This document shows, piece after piece, positions 9,320-18,668 of a DNA stretch of 64,000 bases. Positions within the stretch are counted from its first letter, which is position 1, and each line of letters begins with the position of its first letter. Under the pieces are notes generated by a model. That model searched no databases. It saw only the letters and a list, made by a program, of their open reading frames with translations, and was not told where the DNA came from. The stretch covers positions 10,964-74,963 of the forward strand of contig JBDSWC010000038.1 in the NCBI GenBank assembly GCA_039926845.1, read 5' to 3'. The DNA is from Sphingomonas sp. (GTDB lineage: Bacteria > Pseudomonadota > Alphaproteobacteria > Sphingomonadales > Sphingomonadaceae). Position numbers and translations under genes: made by a program.

Positions 9320-10270
9320 GTGACAGCTGTATTCCTTACGATCGATACCGAGTTGATGTGGTGCCACCACGCGGCCGGATGCGACCTCCAGACCCAGGTC
9401 GTTCGCTCGCTCGAGCCCGCCGGCGTCGGCATCGCGTATCAGCTGGCGACGCTGGCACGGCACGGTCTCAAGGCGACGTTCTTCGTCGATCCGATGCCGA
9501 CGATGGTGTTCGGGCTCGATGCGATCCGGCCGGTGGTCGAGGCGATCGTCGATGCGGGGCAGGAGGTGCAGCTTCACCTTCACCCGAACTGGGCCGGCGC
9601 ACGGGCCGACGATGTGACCCGCCACGCGCGGTTCGAGTTGATCGATTATAGCCGCGACGAACAGCGCGCGCTGATCGCCGGCGCGCGGGATTTGTTGAAG
9701 GCGTGCGGTGCGCCGGACCCGGTCGCGTTCCGCGCTGGCAGCTATGCCGCCAACAACGACACGCTGATCGCGCTCGCCGACCTCGGCTTCCTCTATGACA
9801 GCAGCCATAATGGCGCCGACGCGCCGTGGCCGAGCGAGATCAGCCTGCCGCCGCGCCAGATCGCGCCGGTGAAGCACAAAGGCGTGGTCGAAGTGCCGGT
9901 GACGGTGATCGAGGATACGCCCGGCTCGCTGCGTCACTTTCAAATCTGTGCGCTGTCGCAGGGCGAGATACGGGTCGCGCTCGATCATGCGGTCGGCGCC
10001 GGGCACGAAGCGGTGACGATCGTCGGGCACAGTTTCGAACTCGCCAACCGCGCCGGGACGCGGCCTAACGGGGTGCACGTCGGCCGGTTCGAAGGGCTGT
10101 GCCGAATGCTCGCCGATGCGCGGGACACTTTGCCGATCACCCAGTTCCGCGACCGGCCGACGTTCGCGCGGGAAAGCGACGCGGCGCCGCTCGGTCCCAA
10201 CCGGCTGCGCACGCGCTGGCGGCAGGCTGAGCAATTGTGGTCTAACCTGGTCGAGGAACGCGCGGCGTGA
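9320..10270 (+). CDS. Polysaccharide deacetylase family protein
   Basis: FLTIDTE, ATFFVD, QLHLH and FRAGSY carbohydrate-esterase-4-like motifs. Confidence 0.8.
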   Translation: MTAVFLTIDTELMWCHHAAGCDLQTQVVRSLEPAGVGIAYQLATLARHGLKATFFVDPMPTMVFGLDAIRPVVEAIVDAGQEVQLHLHPNWAGARADDVTRHARFELIDYSRDEQRALIAGARDLLKACGAPDPVAFRAGSYAANNDTLIALADLGFLYDSSHNGADAPWPSEISLPPRQIAPVKHKGVVEVPVTVIEDTPGSLRHFQICALSQGEIRVALDHAVGAGHEAVTIVGHSFELANRAGTRPNGVHVGRFEGLCRMLADARDTLPITQFRDRPTFARESDAAPLGPNRLRTRWRQAEQLWSNLVEERAA

Positions 10271-11178
10271 CGACGGCGCGCCCCTTGCCGCTCAAGTTTC
10301 AGGTCGGGGCACGAACCCTGGCGTCGATCCGCCGCAACCTCGTCCGCGTGCCACTCGATCTCGATGGCGCGATCGACGGACGGTTGCCCGCGCTTCCCGC
10401 GCTCGATCCGGCGGCGGACGGCTATCTCGTCACTTCGTTGCCGGTTGCACGAAGCGACACGCTCATCCGCGGCGGGCTGCTCGCCTTCGTGCGCCAGCGT
10501 TACGTGCGGCGTTACGCCGATCTGACGACCGGGTTCGACGGGTATCTGGGACAGTTGTCGGCCAACACGCGGTCGGCGATCAAGCGCAAGGGCAAGAAAG
10601 TCGCGCAAGCGTCGGGCGGGCAACTCGACGTGCGGCGCTATGCGACGCCCGAGCAACTCGCCGAATTCCATGACATCGCGCGGCGGCTGGCGCTCGACAC
10701 GTATCAGGAGCGGCTGATGGGCGCGGGGTTGCCGGATACGCCCGATTTCACGCAGCGCATGTTTGCGATGGCGGCCCAGAGCAAGATACGCGCGTGGCTG
10801 CTGTACGTCGGCGGCGAGCCGGCGGCGTATCTCTATTGCCCGATCCATGGCGGCACCGCGGTCTACGAGTTCGTCGGGCACGATCCCAGATTCAACGACC
10901 TATCGGTCGGAGCTGTGCTTCAGGTCGAAGCGCTGCGCGATTTGTTCGCCGAACCCGCGATTGCGCGGTTCGACTTCACCGAAGGCGACGGCCAGCACAA
11001 GCGCCAGTTCGCGACCGGTGGTGTCGAGTGTTGCGACCTGCTGCTATTGCGTCCGACGCTCGCAAACCGAACGGTGATCGCGGCGCTGGCCGGGTTCGAT
11101 GGGGCGATGGCGGCGGCCAAGACGGCGGTGCAGCGGCTCGGCCTACAGAACGTGGCCAAGAAGGTCCGCCGCGCCTAG
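10267..11178 (+). CDS. GNAT family acyltransferase (CelD/BcsL, FemAB-like)
   Basis: FDGYLGQLSANTRSAIKRK, GHDPRF..LSVGAVL and FDFTEGDGQHK motifs; GTGA overlap with the deacetylase. Confidence 0.8.
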   Translation: MTTARPLPLKFQVGARTLASIRRNLVRVPLDLDGAIDGRLPALPALDPAADGYLVTSLPVARSDTLIRGGLLAFVRQRYVRRYADLTTGFDGYLGQLSANTRSAIKRKGKKVAQASGGQLDVRRYATPEQLAEFHDIARRLALDTYQERLMGAGLPDTPDFTQRMFAMAAQSKIRAWLLYVGGEPAAYLYCPIHGGTAVYEFVGHDPRFNDLSVGAVLQVEALRDLFAEPAIARFDFTEGDGQHKRQFATGGVECCDLLLLRPTLANRTVIAALAGFDGAMAAAKTAVQRLGLQNVAKKVRRA

Positions 11179-11187
11179 ACGGGCGCG

Positions 11188-11799
11188 ATGCACCTGCGCG
11201 CGCAAGCCCTGATCCTCGGCGTCCGCCAGCATGGCGAGCATGGCGCGATCGTGCGCGCGATGACGCGAGAAGCCGGGATGGTTGCGGGCTATGTCCGCGG
11301 CGGGCGATCGCGAACGATCCGGCCGGTGCTCCAGCCTGCCAATCTGGTGGTCGGCGAATGGCGCGCGCGGACCGAGGATCAGCTTGCCGGGCTGACCGTC
11401 GAACTCGTCCATAGCCGCGCACCGCTCTACGGTGAGCCGCTCGCCGCCGCAGCGCTCGAATGGATCACCGCGCTGACCGCGATCGCGCTGCCCGAAAGCC
11501 AGCCCTATCCGCGCCTCTACGCCGCGCTCGAGGGCATGATCGGCGCGATCGAGGCGGCGCCCGCGGCGCGCGGCTGGGCCGTGGCGCTGGTGCGGTACGA
11601 GGATTTGCTGCTCGCCGAGCTTGGGTATGGTGTCGAGGAAGAGCCTGCCGTGACCGGCGACAGCGGCTGGCCGGAGATTCTTGCCGGGTTGGCGCTGACG
11701 GGCGATGCGATCGAGACGCATCTGCTGACCGACCGTCGCGCCGAGGCGCTGGTGGCGCGCGCCCGGCTGGTCGATCGGCTCAAGCGCGCGGTTTCCTAA
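11188..11799 (+). CDS. recO: DNA repair protein RecO (short sphingomonad type)
   Basis: HGEHGAIV..GYVRGGRSR..PVLQPAN..WRAR motif. Confidence 0.92.
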   Translation: MHLRAQALILGVRQHGEHGAIVRAMTREAGMVAGYVRGGRSRTIRPVLQPANLVVGEWRARTEDQLAGLTVELVHSRAPLYGEPLAAAALEWITALTAIALPESQPYPRLYAALEGMIGAIEAAPAARGWAVALVRYEDLLLAELGYGVEEEPAVTGDSGWPEILAGLALTGDAIETHLLTDRRAEALVARARLVDRLKRAVS

Positions 11800-11805
11800 C
11801 TACCT

Positions 11806-11894
11806 CCGTTCGCCCTGAGCTTGTCGAAGGACGTGACTTCGCTCTAACGGCGCCATACGGGGCGCACGTGCTTCGACAAGCTCAGCACGAACGG
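11806..11894. repeat. Intergenic palindromic REP-like element
   Basis: 30-bp arms CCGTTCGCCCTGAGCTTGTCGAAGGACGTG and CACGTGCTTCGACAAGCTCAGCACGAACGG with 3 mismatches. Confidence 0.85.
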
Positions 11895-11902
11895 GGTTTT
11901 GA

Positions 11903-12952
11903 ATGGCGCTCATTGCACTTTTGCCCGGGGACGGAATCGGACCCGAAGTCGTCGCCGAAGCGCGGCGCGTGCTCGATGCGCTCGCGCTCGACCTGACGTT
12001 CGAGGAAGCGCCGGTCGGTGGCGCGGCCTATCTAGCTCAGGGCCAGCCGCTGCCGCCCGATACGCTAGCGCTCGCCAAGCGTGCCGACGCCGTGCTGTTC
12101 GGGGCGGTCGGCGATCCCCAGTTCGACGCACTCGAACGCCGTCTGCGCCCCGAGGCAGCGATCCTCGGCCTGCGCCGCGAGCTCGGCCTGTTTGCCAATC
12201 TGCGGCCCGCGACGCTGACACCGGGGCTGGAGGATGCGTCGCCGCTCAAGCCGGAAATCGCCAAGGGCATCGACATGCTCATCGTCCGCGAACTGACCGG
12301 CGACGTCTATTTCGGCGACAAGGGCCGGCGCGTGAACGAAGAGGGGATGCGCGAGGGCTGGGACTCGATGCGCTACGACGAGGTCGAGGTCGAGCGCATC
12401 GCCCGCGTCGGGTTCGAGACTGCGCGGCGGCGGCGCAACAAGCTCTGTTCGGTCGATAAGGCCAATGTGCTCGAAACCTCGCAGCTGTGGCGCGACGTCG
12501 TCAACGAAGTGTCGGGCGATTACGACGATGTCGAGCTGACCCACATGTATGTCGACAACGCCGCAATGCAGCTGGTGCGCAATCCCGGCGATTTCGACGT
12601 GATCGTCACCGGCAATCTGTTCGGCGATATCCTGAGCGACCAGGCGAGCATGTGCGCAGGGTCGATCGGGATGCTGCCCTCTGCATCGCTGTCGAGCTGG
12701 CGGTCGGGACTTGGTCTCTACGAGCCGATCCACGGGTCCGCGCCGGACATCGCCGGGCAGGGCAAGGCCAATCCGTGCGCGGCGATCCTGTCGGCGGCGA
12801 TGATGCTACGCCACTCGCTAGATATGGCGGAAGCGGCGATGCGGATCGAGGGTGCGGTGGCGCTGGCGATCGCCGGCGGCGCGCGGACGCCAGACCTCGG
12901 CGGAAGCCTCTCGACAAAAGCGATGGGCGACGCGATCCTCGCCGGCCTATGA
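11903..12952 (+). CDS. leuB: 3-isopropylmalate dehydrogenase
   Basis: [34 protein letters not shown]. Confidence 0.98.
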   Translation: MALIALLPGDGIGPEVVAEARRVLDALALDLTFEEAPVGGAAYLAQGQPLPPDTLALAKRADAVLFGAVGDPQFDALERRLRPEAAILGLRRELGLFANLRPATLTPGLEDASPLKPEIAKGIDMLIVRELTGDVYFGDKGRRVNEEGMREGWDSMRYDEVEVERIARVGFETARRRRNKLCSVDKANVLETSQLWRDVVNEVSGDYDDVELTHMYVDNAAMQLVRNPGDFDVIVTGNLFGDILSDQASMCAGSIGMLPSASLSSWRSGLGLYEPIHGSAPDIAGQGKANPCAAILSAAMMLRHSLDMAEAAMRIEGAVALAIAGGARTPDLGGSLSTKAMGDAILAGL

Positions 12953-14049
12953 CCGACAGCCTCGACCTCGCGGTCGTCATCCCGACGTTCAACGAGCGGA
13001 AGAATGTGCCGCTGTTGGTCGCGAAGCTCGACGCGGCGCTCGCCGGGCTGTCGTGGGAAGCGATCTTCGTCGACGACGACAGCCCCGACGGCACCGCCGA
13101 CGCGGCGCGTGATCTCGCGATGCGCGACCGCCGCGTGCGGGTGATCCAGCGGATCGGGCGGCGCGGGCTATCGTCGGCGACAATCGAGGGGATGTGCGCG
13201 ACGGCGGCACCGCTGGTCGCGGTGATCGATGGCGACCTGCAGCACGACGAAACGATCCTGCCGGCGATGGCGCGCGAGCTTCAGGCCGATCCGGCGCTCG
13301 ATCTGGTGGTCGGATCGCGTTTCGTCGAGGGCGGGGGTACCGGCGACTGGGATACGGACCGCGTCGCCAAGTCCGCGTTCGCCACCAAACTGTCGCGCCG
13401 CGTGCTCAAGGCCGATCTCGGCGACCCGATGAGCGGGTTCTTCATGGCGCGCACCGCCATGGTGCGCGAGATCACGCCGCATCTGTCGGCGATCGGGTTC
13501 AAGATCCTGCTCGACATCATGACCACCGCGCCGCGGCCGCTCAAGTTCAAGGAATTGCCCTACACGTTCCGGCTGCGGACCGAGGGCGAGTCCAAGCTCG
13601 ACCATGTCGTCGCGATGGAGTTCCTGATCGCGCTCTACGACCGCGTGATGGGGCGGTTCATCCCGGTGCGGTTCGCGATGTTCTCCGGCATCGGCGCAGT
13701 CGGCGCGCTGGTCCATTTCCTGGTGCTCGGCGTTATGTTCCGCGAACTGGGCATCGGCTTCGTCAAGTCGACCATCGCCGCGACCGCGATCGCGATGACG
13801 TTCAACTTCTTCGTCAACAACGCGCTGACCTATCGTGATGCGCGACTGAAGGGCCCGCGGGCGCTGATCGACGGCTGGGTGTCGTTCTGCGCGGTCTGTT
13901 CGGTCGGCGCGATCGCCAATGTCGGGGTGGCGGCGTTCCTCTACGACGCGCGGTCGAACACGTGGATCATTTCGGCGCTTGCTGGGATACTGGTCAGCGC
14001 GGTGTGGAACTTTGCGCTGTCGAGCCGGTTCGTGTGGGGCCGCTATTAG
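12949..14049 (+). CDS. GT2 polyprenol-phosphate glycosyltransferase (Dpm1-like) fused to a GtrA domain
   Basis: [29 protein letters not shown]; four-TM GtrA tail ([22 protein letters not shown]). Confidence 0.9.
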   Translation: MTDSLDLAVVIPTFNERKNVPLLVAKLDAALAGLSWEAIFVDDDSPDGTADAARDLAMRDRRVRVIQRIGRRGLSSATIEGMCATAAPLVAVIDGDLQHDETILPAMARELQADPALDLVVGSRFVEGGGTGDWDTDRVAKSAFATKLSRRVLKADLGDPMSGFFMARTAMVREITPHLSAIGFKILLDIMTTAPRPLKFKELPYTFRLRTEGESKLDHVVAMEFLIALYDRVMGRFIPVRFAMFSGIGAVGALVHFLVLGVMFRELGIGFVKSTIAATAIAMTFNFFVNNALTYRDARLKGPRALIDGWVSFCAVCSVGAIANVGVAAFLYDARSNTWIISALAGILVSAVWNFALSSRFVWGRY

Positions 14050-15329
14050 GGCCAGGTGCTGAACCACATCCAATGCTCGAACGCCCGCTCGTTGGCGAGC
14101 GGCGCCGCAGATAGGATCGGGAAGAAATACACCGCCAACCCGAAGCACATCACGAGGAAGCCTTCGTCCCAATATTTGAGCTTGCCCGTGGCATAACGGT
14201 CCCACGCGGCGGCCAGCGCGATCGGCAGCGCAATCGACGGGATGTAGTAATAATAGAAGAAGCCGAGCGACTTCGGGATGATCATCCACGGTAGGTAGGC
14301 CGCGACCCAAAGCGCGCCCGCGGCCAGTAACCGTCCGTCGCGCGCACGCATACCGCCCCACACGCACGCCAGCACCGCGACCAGCCCGCCCCATAGAATC
14401 GCCGGATTGCCGAGCATCAGGATGCCGCGCATCGCCCCGTCGGCCTGCTCATACAGATACCAGATCGGGCGGATCATCAGCGGCCACGTCCACCAGTCCG
14501 ATTGATAGGTGTGGTGCGGCAGAACCTGCGTTTGCTGGGCGAACATCGTCGCCTGGAACGGGAGCAGCTTCGCCACCGTCATCGGATCGTCGTGGTAGAA
14601 GAAAGCGGGCAGGAAGGTCAGGAAATAGGCGGTCGCGGCAACAAGTCCGAACACCGCGAGTGCCGGGATGGCGGGTAGGCCGGACCAATGTGGCTGGTCC
14701 TTGGCCGAGAAAATTGCGGGCAGCGAGCGCTTTGCCTCGCGCGCGTCGCGCCAACGCACGATCAGGAACGCGAGACCGGCGAACGCCAGATACGGAAGCG
14801 CCAGCCACTTCGCCGCCACCGCCAGCCCGAACAGCGCGCCACTAAGCATCCAGCGTGGCCACACCCGCGCCTGCGGCGCGTCCATCGCCCACAGCGTCGC
14901 TGCGACCGCCATTACCGTGAACGCCGCGAGGAACCCGTCGAGCATCGCGATCCGCGCCTCGACATAGATCGTGAAATTGAGCAGCGCGAACGCCGCGCCC
15001 AGCGCCGCGGGCCGTATCCGGCGGAGCAGCAGCCATAGGATCGCGAACACGCCTGTCACCGTCGCTGCGCCGGCAAGGGTCGAAAAGAACCGCCAGCCGA
15101 AGCTGTTGTCGCCGAACAAGGCGATCCCCGCGGCGATGAACTCCTTGGCGAGCAAGGGATGCTCGGTGTTGAGCGGCGCTTGGAGCGCGAGCAATGCGCG
15201 CGCCGCGGGGACATAATGGATTTCGTCGAACACCAGCATGCGCGGCGTCGCAATGCCCCACAGGAACAGCATCTCCGCCACCAGCCCGATCAGGATCGCG
15301 ACGAGGAACGGGCGGGGGCGAGTGGGCAT
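14046..15329 (-). CDS. Lipid-carrier-dependent glycosyltransferase, PMT/GT39 protein mannosyltransferase type
   Basis: FDEIHY, EHPLLAK, GWRFFS, ARIAMLD, AKW and C-terminal HTYQSDWWTWPL..RPIWY..GNP motifs. Confidence 0.88.
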   Translation of the reverse strand: MPTRPRPFLVAILIGLVAEMLFLWGIATPRMLVFDEIHYVPAARALLALQAPLNTEHPLLAKEFIAAGIALFGDNSFGWRFFSTLAGAATVTGVFAILWLLLRRIRPAALGAAFALLNFTIYVEARIAMLDGFLAAFTVMAVAATLWAMDAPQARVWPRWMLSGALFGLAVAAKWLALPYLAFAGLAFLIVRWRDAREAKRSLPAIFSAKDQPHWSGLPAIPALAVFGLVAATAYFLTFLPAFFYHDDPMTVAKLLPFQATMFAQQTQVLPHHTYQSDWWTWPLMIRPIWYLYEQADGAMRGILMLGNPAILWGGLVAVLACVWGGMRARDGRLLAAGALWVAAYLPWMIIPKSLGFFYYYYIPSIALPIALAAAWDRYATGKLKYWDEGFLVMCFGLAVYFFPILSAAPLANERAFEHWMWFSTWP

Positions 15330-15390
15330 TGCTTTCCGCTTAGCGCGCAGGCGAGTGGCGTCCAACTGGAATGGCGGCTCTGCAAATATA

Positions 15391-15462
15391 CTCTTCCCCG
15401 GCGAAGGCCGGGGCCCAGTATCGGGCGGCTCGCAACTGGACCCGGCCTTCGCCGGGGAGGAG
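15391..15462. repeat. Intergenic palindromic REP-like element (CCCCGGCGAAGGCCGGGG type)
   Basis: Inverted arms CTCTTCCCCGGCGAAGGCCGGGGCCCAG and CTGGACCCGGCCTTCGCCGGGGAGGAG. Confidence 0.85.
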
Positions 15463-15488
15463 TTAAGAGTGCAAGTGAAGGGCGATAA

Positions 15489-16160
15489 TCACCAGCGACC
15501 GTCCTCCATCTTGCGCTGCCGTTCCGCCTCACGATCGCTGGTCGCCGGGGACGGCTGGTACGGCGCGTCGGCGGGGATCGGTCCGGCGGGCTCGTAGGTG
15601 GCGACTACCGTTCCGGCCGCCGTCACCTTGTGATCGACCATCTTGAGCGCGCCCGGCGGCGTACCCTCGCCGAACAGCCGTTTGCCGCGCCCGAGCGTCA
15701 GCGGGTAGGTCATGAGCACCAGCCGGTCGAGCAGCCCGGCCTTGAGCAGGCCGGGATAGATCGTGCTCGATCCCCAGATCCGGAGCTCGGGTCCGTCGCC
15801 GGCCTTGAGCTTCGCGACGTCGTCGGTACTGCCCAGGCGATGGCTGTTCTCCCAGTCGAGCGGCTGGTCGCCATGGGTCAATACGTATTTCCCGGCGCGG
15901 GTGAACGCCTGACCGATGCCGGCTTCCTCGCCTTCGACATAGGGCCAAAACCCGGCGAAGATGTCGTAGGTGCGCCGCCCCAGCAGCAGATCATACTCGC
16001 CGTCGAGCAACGGACCGAGCGTCTCGTCGGCCGCCGGGTCGGGGAATTTGAACTGCCAGCCGCCCTGGTCGAAGCCGCCAGTCGGGTCCTCGCTCGGCCC
16101 GCCCGGTGCCTGCATGACGCCGTCGAGTGACTGGAACACTGCGCCGACGATCCTACGCAT
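15489..16160 (-). CDS. Dihydrofolate reductase family (RibD C-terminal-like) protein
   Basis: SLDGVMQAPGGP.ED..GGF..GGW, LLLGRRTY, GRGKRLF. Confidence 0.9.
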   Translation of the reverse strand: MRRIVGAVFQSLDGVMQAPGGPSEDPTGGFDQGGWQFKFPDPAADETLGPLLDGEYDLLLGRRTYDIFAGFWPYVEGEEAGIGQAFTRAGKYVLTHGDQPLDWENSHRLGSTDDVAKLKAGDGPELRIWGSSTIYPGLLKAGLLDRLVLMTYPLTLGRGKRLFGEGTPPGALKMVDHKVTAAGTVVATYEPAGPIPADAPYQPSPATSDREAERQRKMEDGRW

Positions 16161-16634
16161 CGGCGGTCTGCGCCAGCTTTACGGCAACTTCCTCGAGTTG
16201 GTCGGCGCAGACGCCCCAGCCTTCGGCGAAGCCCATGTCGGCATGAGCCTTCATGCTCGCCTCGCTCCAGTGGCGCGCGCTCGAGCGAAACGCGGTCCGT
16301 CCGTCGCCCGCGTCGGCGAACGCGAACATGCCGACGATGCCGACCGGCTGCGCATCCTGCGGGTTCCAGGCGGCGTCGAGCATGTTGGTGAAGGTGAAGC
16401 GCTCGCCGGGCACACCTCCAGCAACACGCCGTCGCCCGGATGCGTCTCGCCATCGGGGCCGTGCATGGTGATGGAGAAGCGTCCGCCGTTCTTCCAGTCG
16501 AGCGCGACGATTTCGGACGTCCACGGCCGCGGACACCACCATTCGGGCAAATGATCGACCACCGCGCGCCACACCGCTTCTCGCGGTGCGGCGAAGGTGC
16601 GTTCGATCGCGAGTTCGTAGGCGGGCTGGCTCAC
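16153..16634 (-). pseudogene. SRPBCC (AHSA1-like) domain protein with 1-bp frameshift near 16413
   Basis: N-half (IERTFAAPREAVW..WWCPRPW..GVLLEV) and C-half (PGERFTFT..AHADMGFAEGWG.CADQL) lie in different frames; junction reads GAG GTG TG CCC. Confidence 0.85.
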
Positions 16635-17125
16635 GCTACCAACTCGCCGGCGCGCGCCGCCTCGATCTTGGCGATGTCGATCTTGCGCATCGTCATCATC
16701 GCTTCCATCACGCGCTTGGACGCGGCAGGATCGGGATCGGACATTCCCGCCATCAGCGCGCGGGGTACGATCTGCCACGAAAAGCCCCAGCGGTCTTTGC
16801 ACCAGGAGCACATGCTCTCCTCGCCGCCATTCCCGACGATCGCGTTCCAGTAGCGGTCGGTTTCCGCCTGATCGTCGGTGAACACCTGAAAGCTGACCGC
16901 CTCGGTGGGCTTGAAGTTCGGCCCGCCGTTCAGTCCGACGAACGACTGTCCGCAGACAGTGAATTCGACAGTGATCTCCTGGCCTCGCTTGGTCGAAGGG
17001 TTGTCCGCGGGCGAGTCCTGGCCGGTTCCGACATGGCTGTCCGGAAACACGCTTGCGTAGAATTCAGCGGCCTCGCGCGCCTGGCCATTGTCGAACCACA
17101 GGCACGTCGTCATTTTGTTCGCCAT
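16631..17125 (-). CDS. VOC family protein (PhnB / 3-demethylubiquinone-9 methyltransferase-like)
   Basis: TTCLWF..AREAAEFY, LNGGP.F, DQAETDRYW, KDRWGFSWQ, MRKIDIA. Confidence 0.92.
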   Translation of the reverse strand: MANKMTTCLWFDNGQAREAAEFYASVFPDSHVGTGQDSPADNPSTKRGQEITVEFTVCGQSFVGLNGGPNFKPTEAVSFQVFTDDQAETDRYWNAIVGNGGEESMCSWCKDRWGFSWQIVPRALMAGMSDPDPAASKRVMEAMMTMRKIDIAKIEAARAGELVA

Positions 17126-17150
17126 TTTTTCTCTCCTTCGATTTTGATTA

Positions 17151-17927
17151 TTAGTTGCCGGGGCCGACCGCGCCGAACACGACGCCGTGAGGGTCGGTCG
17201 CGACGATGATGCGATCGCCGCCGGGAACTTCCATGGGGCCCGCCAGCACGGCGCCGCCCGCTTCGCCGACCTTTTTCGCGGTCGCTTCGATATCCGGGGT
17301 GCGGAAATAGAAGCGCCAGCCCGCGGTATCCTGAGGTTGCAGCGTCATCGTCGCTCCGATCGTCTGGCCGGCGGCGTCGATGAAGACATAGTCGCCCATG
17401 TCGCCGGGCATCGTCATCTTGTCGGGATAGGTCCAACCGAACGTATCGGCATAGAATTTATTCGCGCCGGCCTGATCGGGCGTGTTGAGTTCGTTCCAGT
17501 TGCACTTGCCCATGCCCATCCGGTCCCAGGCGGTGCTGTTCTCGGGGCTGTTCCCTCGCATGATGTAGAACGGGTTGCCTTGCGGGTCGGCGACGAACGC
17601 GAGCCTGCCGACGCCGGGGATGTCGAACGGCGCCATCAATTCGCCGCCGCCATTGGCCTTAACCTTGGCGAAAGACGCATCGACGTCATCGACGCCGATA
17701 TAGAATAGCCATGTCGGTTTCGCGCCGCCGGCCTGCATGTCGGCGGTCAGCCGCATCAAGCCGCCGACATTGTCGCCGCCGGATGTGGTGATCATGCGAT
17801 AGTCCATCTCGCCCGAGGGCTGAGCCTCGACTGTCCAGCCGATTACATGGTCGTAGAACTTCTTCGACGCGTCGGGGTCGGTACTCAGCAACTCGTACCA
17901 GATCGGCGTACCTTCGGGATTGGGCAT
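17151..17927 (-). CDS. Two-domain VOC/glyoxalase protein
   Basis: Duplicated W.EL.T.D...A..FY...GW and DP.G motifs. Confidence 0.9.
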   Translation of the reverse strand: MPNPEGTPIWYELLSTDPDASKKFYDHVIGWTVEAQPSGEMDYRMITTSGGDNVGGLMRLTADMQAGGAKPTWLFYIGVDDVDASFAKVKANGGGELMAPFDIPGVGRLAFVADPQGNPFYIMRGNSPENSTAWDRMGMGKCNWNELNTPDQAGANKFYADTFGWTYPDKMTMPGDMGDYVFIDAAGQTIGATMTLQPQDTAGWRFYFRTPDIEATAKKVGEAGGAVLAGPMEVPGGDRIIVATDPHGVVFGAVGPGN

Positions 17928-17948
17928 GTCGTTTCTCCTTGGGGTGGA

Positions 17949-18668
17949 TCAGGCGCGGTCGGTGTCGAGAACGGGCGTGAACCCGCCGAAGATCGCGCGC
18001 TGCATGTCGAAGCCGGGTTTGATCTTCTGCATCTCGGGGTCCGACATCATCTTCCCGAACGCCGCGTCGCGAGTCGCTTTGTCGGGCCATTCGATCCAGC
18101 CGAAGATGACTTGCTCGCCCTCTTCCGCCGCCACCGCGCGCTTGAAATCGGTCACCTTGCCGTCGGGCACGTCAACGCCCCAGCCGTCCATCACACGCAA
18201 CGCGCCCTGCTTCAGGAAGAAGCTGTCGAGTGCATGCGATTGCGCGGTGAAGGCGTCGCGCCCGTCACCCGGCGCCGGGCCGACGACCCCGTCGATATAG
18301 CCGGCGGCGGCTTTGCTATCGCTTTGCTCGAACACCGGTTCGTAGCCGGCATAAATCATCCGTTGCGGGTTGAACGGCATGTCACCGCTGGGCATCCGAT
18401 CGTCCGCCATGATCTTTTCAGCGGCGGCGTCGCAGGTCGCCTTGTCGGGCCAGGTGATCCACGAAAAGACGATCTTCTCGCCCGGCTCGGCGGCGACCGC
18501 GCGGCGCAGGTCGGTGCGCTTGCCGTCGGGCACTTCCTCTTCCCAGCACTCGACCGTGCGCGTCGCGCCGAACTCGGCGAAGACCGGCGCGGCCTTGGTC
18601 GCCATGTCGATATAGGCCTGTTTCTTGTCGCCGGGTACGGGGACGACGAACCCCTGGAAATAGCTCAC
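17949..18668 (-). CDS. Tandem DUF1428 (YbaA-like) domain protein
   Basis: GTG start overlaps the GST stop; two copies of VPDGK.TD..RAV.AE.GE...F.WI.WPDKAT.DAA. Confidence 0.85.
   Translation of the reverse strand: MSYFQGFVVPVPGDKKQAYIDMATKAAPVFAEFGATRTVECWEEEVPDGKRTDLRRAVAAEPGEKIVFSWITWPDKATCDAAAEKIMADDRMPSGDMPFNPQRMIYAGYEPVFEQSDSKAAAGYIDGVVGPAPGDGRDAFTAQSHALDSFFLKQGALRVMDGWGVDVPDGKVTDFKRAVAAEEGEQVIFGWIEWPDKATRDAAFGKMMSDPEMQKIKPGFDMQRAIFGGFTPVLDTDRA

Noticed and set aside
16400-16425. Programmed ribosomal frameshift in the SRPBCC gene (likewise at about 45535)
   Set aside because: No slippery heptamer, long homopolymer or phase-variable tract at either junction
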